A program made the position numbers and the translations under genes. The notes beneath the pieces are model-generated. The model was not told where the DNA came from, did not search any database, and was given only the letters and a program-made list of their open reading frames with translations. This document shows, piece after piece, positions 57,334-64,000 of a stretch of 64,000 nucleotides of DNA. Numbering within the stretch: position 1 is the first letter of the stretch; each line of letters starts with the position of its first letter. Origin of the DNA: a virus; IMG/VR virus record IMGVR_UViG_3300008267_000780, positions 10,718-74,717 of that record; one strand, 5' to 3'.

Positions 57334-58377
57334 TCAAATTGTTCCACCACGTTTGAATTTGTCAATTGCGGCTGTGGTTTGTGCAATAATCGAAGCCCGT
57401 TCTGCTAAGTATTGTTTCTTCGTCAGAATCTTTGCATCATACAGTCCTTTTGAATCAGCCAATAAACGCTCTTGACGGTCAAGGGCCTTTTGAATGTTTT
57501 CTGCACGACGCTTATCGAATTTGGGCTCGGCTTTTTTCTGAGGTTCTTTTTTGATTGGTTCCTCTTTAGGTGCAACTTTTACTGTGGGTCTTTCTCGGCC
57601 ACGAATGTCTTTTTTACGAGCCTTTTCCCTTTTTTGCTTGGCAAGTTCTTTTCGACGTTTTACGATTTCCCTCCGTCGCGACCTACGCTCCTCCAATGTT
57701 TCTTCCGAAAGGACCATCGGTTGCGCCTCTTCAAAAGTTTCCGAAGGTATGATTTGCTGTCCACCGACATAAATGGTAAACTGAATGAAATAAGAATCAG
57801 GTCTGCCATCGTCTTGCATATTTGGACGTACTCTAACCTCTCCCTCCCAATAAGGCTCACTTTCATTTTCAGGCATTTCGCCCTGAATGTAGTCACGAAC
57901 ACTTTCAACGATTTCGTTTAAGCCACTACCCTCATAGGTGTATTCGCTCAGTTCTATAATTCCCGTGCTACCGTATTCACCCGCGTTAACTTCAAACCGT
58001 AGATTTTTACCTCCTGTTTCTGCAGTCAAGTCAACATCAATAAAATTGTCAAGGTCAAACCAAAAAACACCACTTAATAAAGTGATTGGAATACTTAATG
58101 GATTGACGAAATCTCCGACATTGATTACACCCGACCCTGTCAAAGCGCGGTCTACTGATTCACGGATATCAGCAATTTTGACCTCTCGGCTGCTCAAGCC
58201 TTTGTATTCAGGGTAAATTTTTTCTTTAATGAAGGCCGTAAGTTCTTTGCCTTTTAAAGGTTTTTCCTGTTTTTCAAGTTCTTTGGAAACAGTCTTTCTG
58301 ACCTTTTGATAGAGACGGGAGGCCCTCGAAATTTTTCGTCGAGTTTCCTGAGTTACTTTTTTTTTCTTGTTAGCCAT
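57334..58377 (-). CDS. basic/acidic blocky protein ending FKRGGTI
   Basis: 347 aa; Lys/Arg-rich termini and acidic core. Confidence 0.75.
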   Translation of the reverse strand: MANKKKKVTQETRRKISRASRLYQKVRKTVSKELEKQEKPLKGKELTAFIKEKIYPEYKGLSSREVKIADIRESVDRALTGSGVINVGDFVNPLSIPITLLSGVFWFDLDNFIDVDLTAETGGKNLRFEVNAGEYGSTGIIELSEYTYEGSGLNEIVESVRDYIQGEMPENESEPYWEGEVRVRPNMQDDGRPDSYFIQFTIYVGGQQIIPSETFEEAQPMVLSEETLEERRSRRREIVKRRKELAKQKREKARKKDIRGRERPTVKVAPKEEPIKKEPQKKAEPKFDKRRAENIQKALDRQERLLADSKGLYDAKILTKKQYLAERASIIAQTTAAIDKFKRGGTI

Positions 58378-58455
58378 TAGTGAAGGGATGCGAAGGTATA
58401 TGATGTTGAATTTGCAAGCAAATAAATTTTTACACTATAGTCTTAGGCCCTGTAA

Positions 58456-58689
58456 TTACGCGGGTTTATACTCTAATGTACCTTGTTCGTCAATATCTAC
58501 ATCTACAAGCATTATGACCAATCGTTTTGCGGGGTTTCTACTGTCTTGAAATACGACGGGCCTGTCTTTAGAAAACAGTAAACTCACGGACATATCCTTA
58601 GGGTTGCTTATTGTCTCGGTCCAAGGATTTGACATTACTTCAAAAAATTCTTCGTTTCCAAGTGTGATTTTAAATGCGGTATGTTTCAT
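58456..58689 (-). CDS. hypothetical protein
   Basis: 77-aa ORF. Confidence 0.55.
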   Translation of the reverse strand: MKHTAFKITLGNEEFFEVMSNPWTETISNPKDMSVSLLFSKDRPVVFQDSRNPAKRLVIMLVDVDIDEQGTLEYKPA

Positions 58690-58723
58690 ATTATGTATTT
58701 TTGCGTGTTATCCATTGTGATTT

Positions 58724-58758
58724 AGGGGTGGTCATTGCTCAATTTGGCCGCCCCTTTT
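58724..58758. terminator. hairpin in the divergent intergenic region
   Basis: aggggtggtca...tggccgccccttttt-like stem. Confidence 0.5.
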
Positions 58759-58832
58759 CGTTGCAAATATGAATAGAATCCCGACCATTTGGTTTCACAA
58801 TTTGGTCAATGAATAGTTTTCTTTGTAAGTGT

Positions 58833-58840
58833 TATATTTG
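58833..58840 (+). promoter_or_regulatory. Bacteroidota -7 promoter TATATTTG
   Basis: TAnnTTTG just upstream of ATG 58848. Confidence 0.55.
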
Positions 58841-58847
58841 TAAGTAA

Positions 58848-59483
58848 ATGAAGGTGAACCGTTTTACCCTGATTGTGATTTCTGCCTTTTCGGTAGGGGT
58901 TCTTTATGCTTTGGGTAAAAGCCCTAAAAAATTTAATCCCCTTGGCAAGAAGGCAATTTTTGTTGGTGACTCACATACAGCGGGTTTTGGATGGGGATGG
59001 CAAGACGCACTCGCCAAAAAATATGGATTCACCATTCAGCAAAATTTAAGTAAGGGTGGATACCGAACTGACCAATTGCTACCGATTCTTCAAGACTACC
59101 TCAAAACAGCAAAGGGTGCGGAAATCTTATTTATCTATGCAGGGGCAAATGATAATTTCAGTTTGGTACAAAATCAAAAAGCAACTCAGAATGTACAGAA
59201 AATGGTGGATGCAGGGCGTAATGCAGGCATTGACAATATCTATGTAATTTCAGGATACAGGTCAAGCAAGGTCATTTATGATTTGAAGAGGTATGGTGAC
59301 TACATTGAAAAGAGTGATGCATACAAAGAGGGGCTCGCAAAAAATATCAAAAACGCTGTAGTGGTTCCAATTTGGGAAGAAGCGGATTACAAAATGAGCA
59401 CTGATTCATTACACCTTATCCAATCGGCCCAAAAGAAATTTGCTGATTATATCGGGGCGCAAATATTTAAAGACACCAAATGA
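58848..59483 (+). CDS. membrane-anchored SGNH/GDSL esterase
   Basis: FVGDSHT, GG, GAND and DSLH blocks; N-terminal TM. Confidence 0.85.
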   Translation: MKVNRFTLIVISAFSVGVLYALGKSPKKFNPLGKKAIFVGDSHTAGFGWGWQDALAKKYGFTIQQNLSKGGYRTDQLLPILQDYLKTAKGAEILFIYAGANDNFSLVQNQKATQNVQKMVDAGRNAGIDNIYVISGYRSSKVIYDLKRYGDYIEKSDAYKEGLAKNIKNAVVVPIWEEADYKMSTDSLHLIQSAQKKFADYIGAQIFKDTK

Positions 59484-60172
59484 AATTAACCGAAACTGAT
59501 AAAAAAATCATTTTGATTGTGGCGGCCCTCTTTGGGGTTGTAGTTGCTGTTAACGTATCAGCGGCTCCATCAAATCGAAAAGCAAAAAGCAAATGGAGGT
59601 TTTCAAAATACCCTCTCCTTTGGGATACAGTTTTGCGCGGTGAGGCAAAAACTTGGAATGATTACAACTTCTATACTTCAAAGTTGAATTCACGGGTGAA
59701 TGCAAAAGACACGTTACCCTTTTCAAGCAAATTACTCACACAAATGACCATAGGAAAGGTTATTGAATACCAAAGTATGTCGAGGTCAGGTAAAGGGCAA
59801 TTGTGGGCAACAGGGCACTTTCAAATCATTCCATCAACTCTGAAATCAATGTATGGAAAAGCGCGGTTAAATCTTGATTCAATTTACAATGAACAGAACC
59901 AAACCAAAATTGCTGATGCGCTAATCGATGCTGAAAGCACTTTGCCGAAGTATTTGAATGGTAAAATTGACGACACCGATGTTAATTTGAAAAAGGCTGC
60001 GCTTGACATTGCAACAGTTTGGTCAAGCATAGGAGTACCTTATGCTCTTACAAATTATAAAGGTGTGTATCGTCCATACAATGCATCGTATTATGGAGGC
60101 GATAAGGCAAGTGTCAGCACCGAAGTCGTTCAAAAAGTTTTACGTGAACAACGTAAAGCACTACAAGGTTAA
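59480..60172 (+). CDS. membrane-anchored lysozyme-like muramidase/transglycosylase
   Basis: GEAKTWNDYN, MTIGKV..Q, ATGHFQIIPSTL, NQTKIA, VWSSI. Confidence 0.7.
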   Translation: MKLTETDKKIILIVAALFGVVVAVNVSAAPSNRKAKSKWRFSKYPLLWDTVLRGEAKTWNDYNFYTSKLNSRVNAKDTLPFSSKLLTQMTIGKVIEYQSMSRSGKGQLWATGHFQIIPSTLKSMYGKARLNLDSIYNEQNQTKIADALIDAESTLPKYLNGKIDDTDVNLKKAALDIATVWSSIGVPYALTNYKGVYRPYNASYYGGDKASVSTEVVQKVLREQRKALQG

Positions 60173-60429
60173 TCGAAATCGGTCATTATAAATATTGGGT
60201 ATTCATCATCGTTACGAAGTGAACCCAACACATTGAAATCGAAGTGTTCAATAGCGTCTTCAAGAGTCATACCATCGTCTTCTACCAATGTTTGAATTGC
60301 TAAGTCATAATCATAAATCAAACGATAGTGTTGCAAGTCAACACCAATAACAGCCTTGTCAAAACCATCAGCCTTGAGAAATTCCACGTCGGGATACGTC
60401 TCGATAATTTGTTCTAATTTGTTGTTCAT
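60169..60429 (-). CDS. conserved phage hypothetical protein
   Basis: LKADGFDKAVIG..EDAIEHFDFNVLG. Confidence 0.7.
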   Translation of the reverse strand: MNNKLEQIIETYPDVEFLKADGFDKAVIGVDLQHYRLIYDYDLAIQTLVEDDGMTLEDAIEHFDFNVLGSLRNDDEYPIFIMTDFD

Positions 60430-60481
60430 ACAGCGTAATTTGGGCGTAAAGTAAAGAAAAAAAATTGATTAATCCATTAAC

Positions 60482-60489
60482 TATATTTG
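60482..60489 (+). promoter_or_regulatory. Bacteroidota -7 promoter TATATTTG
   Basis: TAnnTTTG upstream of ATG 60494. Confidence 0.5.
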
Positions 60490-60493
60490 TATT

Positions 60494-61003
60494 ATGAATA
60501 AAAAAGAAATCATACTTATAGCCGCAGCCGCTACAGGATTATACTTGGTGCTTCGTGGATTGAAAAAAAATAATCCAAAAGGTCTTGGAGAAGAGTTTAA
60601 GAATGCTATCGGGGATGTATTCAAGAAAAAGAAGACTTTTGGTCAACGCGCGAATGCAACGCGATGCGAAACCAATCTTGAGCGGTTAGGTCGTTTGTTT
60701 CCGAATGAGGACCAATACAATGCTGAAGTGGGAAAAGCATATCAGACCCAAGGCTCTAATTTTAACTCTTGGGCAAAATCTGACGCTAAACCTTGTTTTG
60801 TAGTTGGTGCGGACCAAGGAGGTCTTCAAGGCGGGGTAAATAACTTCACTGCAAATGATGATTTCTTTAACGGCAACGGCTGTAAAAAGCCTATGAAGTC
60901 GGCATACAATAATTACATCGGCTCAGATGGACAAGGAACTTACTTCAATGCACACGGGGATATGTCGTTAGACAATCTTGTACGTTCATACAAAAGACCA
61001 TAA
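60494..61003 (+). CDS. membrane-anchored virion protein with repeated F/Y-x-N/G-x-x-G motifs
   Basis: N-terminal TM; NNFTANDDFFNGNG, YIGSDG, YFNAHG. Confidence 0.75.
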   Translation: MNKKEIILIAAAATGLYLVLRGLKKNNPKGLGEEFKNAIGDVFKKKKTFGQRANATRCETNLERLGRLFPNEDQYNAEVGKAYQTQGSNFNSWAKSDAKPCFVVGADQGGLQGGVNNFTANDDFFNGNGCKKPMKSAYNNYIGSDGQGTYFNAHGDMSLDNLVRSYKRP

Positions 61004-61221
61004 TGATGAATTTTGAAAATTTAAAAAAGAACACAACAGCAATTATTGCAATAATTATCCTGACTTTAAGTTATGCAATTTTATTCAGCATAATTTTTTG
61101 GGATTTTCCAACAGACCAAAAAGATATATATTTTACTATCGCAGGCGGGGTTACATCTATCGTGACTATGATAGTTTCATATTATTTTGGGTCAAGTAAA
61201 AATCAAAACGACGAAAAATGA
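61003..61221 (+). CDS. holin-like 2-TM protein
   Basis: two TMs, VSYYFGSS; precedes the endolysin candidate. Confidence 0.6.
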   Translation: MMNFENLKKNTTAIIAIIILTLSYAILFSIIFWDFPTDQKDIYFTIAGGVTSIVTMIVSYYFGSSKNQNDEK

Positions 61222-61799
61222 AATTTGACCAATCAAAAATCGAAAAGACCCTAAAGAATAAAGCATATGCGTATTTCGAAAATGGGGAGTACAATTTGAA
61301 TATCGTAGGTATTCGGAATTCAGACACAGGTAAGCGAGTGACCAATCAATTTGATGATTGGATGACAATTTCTTACAAAGAGAATGGAGTTTGGAAATAT
61401 TTAGAGTGGCCTTGCACCGTAGACAATGGTGATGGTAGTGCGCGTCTCGTAGAAGGGCAATATCGAGGTTCATTCACCATTGGATTGCACCAAGGGAAAT
61501 ACAAGGCATTGAAGCAATGTAAGCCTCTGAAAGTTTACAGAGATTGGAACTTGAAAGATGGGACTTATGATGAAAGCAAAATTTATGATGATGTCGCAGG
61601 ATTAAACATTCACAAAGCAGGAGCAGATAGCCAACAGGTTAACAATTGGAGTGAGGGATGTCAAGTCTTTAAGAAATCAGCGAATTTTGATGAATTTATG
61701 AAAATTATTGACCTATCAGTACCGTTGCACGGCAAAATTTTCACCTACACCTTGATAAACAGTAATGACATAAATATTGCAAATACCCCAATAGTTTAA
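61218..61799 (+). CDS. endolysin candidate, L,D-transpeptidase (YkuD)-like Cys enzyme
   Basis: LNIVGIR..FDD; GLNIH..WSEGCQV His/Cys motif. Confidence 0.7.
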   Translation: MKFDQSKIEKTLKNKAYAYFENGEYNLNIVGIRNSDTGKRVTNQFDDWMTISYKENGVWKYLEWPCTVDNGDGSARLVEGQYRGSFTIGLHQGKYKALKQCKPLKVYRDWNLKDGTYDESKIYDDVAGLNIHKAGADSQQVNNWSEGCQVFKKSANFDEFMKIIDLSVPLHGKIFTYTLINSNDINIANTPIV

Positions 61800-61802
61800 A
61801 TT

Positions 61803-62087
61803 ATGACAGCGGCAAAAAAAGTAAGTGCTAACACCTTGCCTGTTAGTTTTGACCAATTTAGAAAAAACCCTGTGGCAGCAGTCGCATTTTGTATGCTTGC
61901 GGCAGTAGGCTATCTTTATTACGATTTGAGAAATGGCTATAAAGACCAAATAGACTCTTCAAACAAAAAAATCGATAATTTGGATGTGAAAATTGACAAA
62001 TTAGGTAGTGCATTAAAAAAGTCAGATTCTGCGCTTAGTGCAGCAATAACTGAATTAAGAATTATTAACACAATGAAAAAATTATGA
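61803..62087 (+). CDS. membrane + coiled-coil protein (lysis cassette)
   Basis: TM followed by heptads. Confidence 0.65.
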   Translation: MTAAKKVSANTLPVSFDQFRKNPVAAVAFCMLAAVGYLYYDLRNGYKDQIDSSNKKIDNLDVKIDKLGSALKKSDSALSAAITELRIINTMKKL

Positions 62088-62485
62088 AAAAGACATTAGT
62101 AATTTTTGGATTATTATTTATTTTCTTGGAAGTGTTTCAACCATTAGGGGCTATCAACGCCCCTAAAGTTGATGAATTAGAGACTATGCTAAAGAAAATT
62201 GAAAACAACTTGAAAAGTGCCTCACAGGTAACATCTTTGGCCAAAGCGAAGGGTGAAAAGTTGGTTGCAAGTAAAGTTCAAGAAAAAAACGAATTGAAGA
62301 AAAGCGTTCAAAAACTCACTGAAAAGGTTGAAATTTTTGCTGTGAAAATGACTGAAGCAGGAATAGATACCGCTACAAAAACTGATAATTTTAGATACGA
62401 AGGCCCATTGTACGAAGAGTGGCTTGAATATCAAAAAAATGGAGGCGAATCTGATTTCGAATACTACAGACTATACAAAAAATGA
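62084..62485 (+). CDS. signal/TM + coiled-coil protein (i-spanin-like?)
   Basis: N-terminal hydrophobic segment, coil. Confidence 0.55.
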   Translation: MKKTLVIFGLLFIFLEVFQPLGAINAPKVDELETMLKKIENNLKSASQVTSLAKAKGEKLVASKVQEKNELKKSVQKLTEKVEIFAVKMTEAGIDTATKTDNFRYEGPLYEEWLEYQKNGGESDFEYYRLYKK

Positions 62486-62904
62486 AATTGATAAAAGCAT
62501 TTATCATTCTGTTGACGTTAACAGGATGTTCGGCAAAATGGCACTTGAATCAAGCAATAAAGAAAAATCCCGCGATGGCGCAAATTAGCGTCTACGGGAT
62601 TGATACTATTTTTGTTCGGGATAGTATTTTGATGACAGACACGTTTACCACGACAGAAGTCGATACAGTGACTATAACCAAGGATGGGGTGACAACTGTT
62701 GTTTACCGTGACCACGATGTTATTCGCGTCAGGACAATTGTAAAGGCTGATACTATTCGCTACACAAAGACAATTACCCTACCACCACAAATCAAATTTA
62801 TTGATAGAAAAAAAGGCTACGAGAAGTATGCTCCTTATTTGGGTTTTTTACTTCTGATTCTTTTGATGATTTCGATTCTAAAAAACACACGGAGGGGTTG
62901 GTGA
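62482..62904 (+). CDS. lipoprotein with C-terminal TM (spanin-like?)
   Basis: lipobox LTLTGC; DT-rich beta repeats; C-terminal TM. Confidence 0.6.
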   Translation: MKLIKAFIILLTLTGCSAKWHLNQAIKKNPAMAQISVYGIDTIFVRDSILMTDTFTTTEVDTVTITKDGVTTVVYRDHDVIRVRTIVKADTIRYTKTITLPPQIKFIDRKKGYEKYAPYLGFLLLILLMISILKNTRRGW

Positions 62905-63110
62905 TGTCTTTAATTAAGAACAAGGATTACTTTATCATCGGTTGCTTAGGAAAGGCTCAAAGAGAACCTATTCGCCAATGGATGAAAGACAATAACAAAA
63001 CTTCACCCGTAGTTCCTGAAGAGGGACCAAATGCAAATGATTGCATTACTTTGGTGGATTATAAAGATTGGATAAAAACTCAGCAATGGCCAAATGGATA
63101 TCCAACGTAA
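62904..63110 (+). CDS. hypothetical protein
   Basis: ATG at 62904 coupled by TGATG. Confidence 0.55.
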   Translation: MSLIKNKDYFIIGCLGKAQREPIRQWMKDNNKTSPVVPEEGPNANDCITLVDYKDWIKTQQWPNGYPT

Positions 63111-63126
63111 TGTAGTAAATATTTAC

Positions 63127-63134
63127 TAAATTTG
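63127..63134 (+). promoter_or_regulatory. Bacteroidota -7 promoter TAAATTTG for the tRNA
   Basis: TAnnTTTG just upstream of the tRNA. Confidence 0.6.
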
Positions 63135-63142
63135 CGTTCTAT

Positions 63143-63214
63143 TGCGGGGAAGTGTATTGGTTGCATTTGTGGCTCATAACCACGAGGTAGTGGGTTCGAT
63201 TCCTACCCCCGCAA
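63143..63214 (+). tRNA. tRNA-Met(CAT), initiator-like sequence; no encoded CCA
   Basis: acceptor tgcgggg/ccccgca; anticodon arm tgtgg-ctCATaa-ccacg; T arm gtggg-TTCGATT-cctac. Confidence 0.85.
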
Positions 63215-63226
63215 CAAATTACAAAT

Positions 63227-63868
63227 ATGGAACTTGAAAAATATGTGTATCCCGAAAATCACGGTGCGTTAGTAGAGGCCTTTTATGATGAAATTTATCA
63301 CGGCCACGAATACGACAGGTATTTCAAAATTCAACCACACGACATTGTTATTGATTGCGGAGGCTTTGTAGGCCTTTTTACCAATTATGCGCTATCTCAG
63401 GGCGCGAGTACCGTTATCACCGTAGAGTGCGAACCTGAGTATTGGAAATGCTTGATTAAAAATGTCAAGTCGTATGACGCTCAAGTAATATTTGGGCGCG
63501 TGTTTCAAGACGACATACCAACTACGAATCCTGATGTGGCTCCATCATATTCAATTGAAGGAATAATGAATCTGAAAAATCTACCTAAGGTCGATATGGT
63601 GAAGATGGATATTGAAGGAGCAGAATGGGGCGTTTTAATTAATATGGATGATGATGTGATGAAGCGGGTGGACAGATGGGCGATTGAAGTGCATTTGGAG
63701 TGGAGTCAGAATGACACGGTGTGGGCAGGTCACGGTAGAGACTTTGACGGGCACCTTTTAAGCAAACTTGTTTTCGTGATGGAGAAATTCTCCAAGAATG
63801 GATTCAAAGTCAATTATGAGCAGATACACAAGAGTTGCAGACTTGCAATGTTGTATGCATACAAATAA
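63227..63868 (+). CDS. FkbM-family methyltransferase
   Basis: IDCGGFVGLF, KMDIEGAE, IEVH. Confidence 0.8.
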   Translation: MELEKYVYPENHGALVEAFYDEIYHGHEYDRYFKIQPHDIVIDCGGFVGLFTNYALSQGASTVITVECEPEYWKCLIKNVKSYDAQVIFGRVFQDDIPTTNPDVAPSYSIEGIMNLKNLPKVDMVKMDIEGAEWGVLINMDDDVMKRVDRWAIEVHLEWSQNDTVWAGHGRDFDGHLLSKLVFVMEKFSKNGFKVNYEQIHKSCRLAMLYAYK

Positions 63869-63897
63869 GATTTAGTGTTTAGTTTCCGCAAAAATAT

Positions 63898-63919
63898 GGC
63901 CCCTGTGGGGCCTTTTTTT
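63898..63919 (+). terminator. rho-independent terminator
   Basis: ggcccc-tgt-ggggcc followed by T7. Confidence 0.75.
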
Positions 63920-64000
63920 GTTTAATGGGTACTTGTACCCCATTTACCCCTTTTCCTTTCCCTGAGGGCCTCCTTTTCACTATTAGGCCTAACCCTGTTA

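Noticed and set aside
1-64000. Eukaryotic giant virus (NCLDV) origin
   Set aside because: Operon-like coupling, rho-independent terminators, Bacteroidota promoters, peptidoglycan enzymes, RecT and RusA all point to a bacterial host.
1-64000. Alternative genetic code (stop reassignment)
   Set aside because: Standard code 11 gives dense, coupled full-length genes. Reading through the suspicious TAG at 6017 immediately meets Met-Ile-Trp in a frame that does not join the next ORF.

Overview
This window is about 64 kb of a dsDNA virus genome. The host is most likely Bacteroidota, judged by TAnnTTTG promoters, A-rich Shine-Dalgarno-less starts and TAATG/ATGA coupling. I see no HK97 capsid, portal, terminase or tail genes. 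The virion module instead looks tailless and membrane-containing: an A32/FtsK-type packaging ATPase (17611-18432), a beta-rich 232-aa candidate single-jelly-roll major capsid protein (MCP) in its own promoter/terminator unit (18773-19471), more than 25 small membrane proteins, a transglycosylase, a zincin protease and a split, permuted MCP paralogue (49961-50772). Other notable signals: (1) a 1255-aa modular protein punctuated about 15 times by [MFYL]xxGG, with the same tag on neighbouring proteins, including a DUF2958-RelA/SpoT fusion; (2) a second motif, [FY]x[NGS][AFML][DTSN]G, shared by the MCP leader and about 10 membrane proteins, possibly a maturation-cleavage or assembly signal; (3) a 4183-aa Pro-free Gly-X-Y (Ser/Thr) fibre with an S74 chaperone, directly downstream of glycosyltransferase/methyltransferase genes that include an Aah/TibC-like serine heptosyltransferase; (4) apparent genome-wide purging of GATC, AGCT, CATG, CTAG and CCRG/CYGG, with Pro-Gly almost absent from the proteome; (5) a minimal PolB-palm-like protein, RecT with a PD-(D/E)XK nuclease, RusA, a tRNA(CAT) and a lysis cassette. 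All family calls come from motif recognition by eye; no database search was run.
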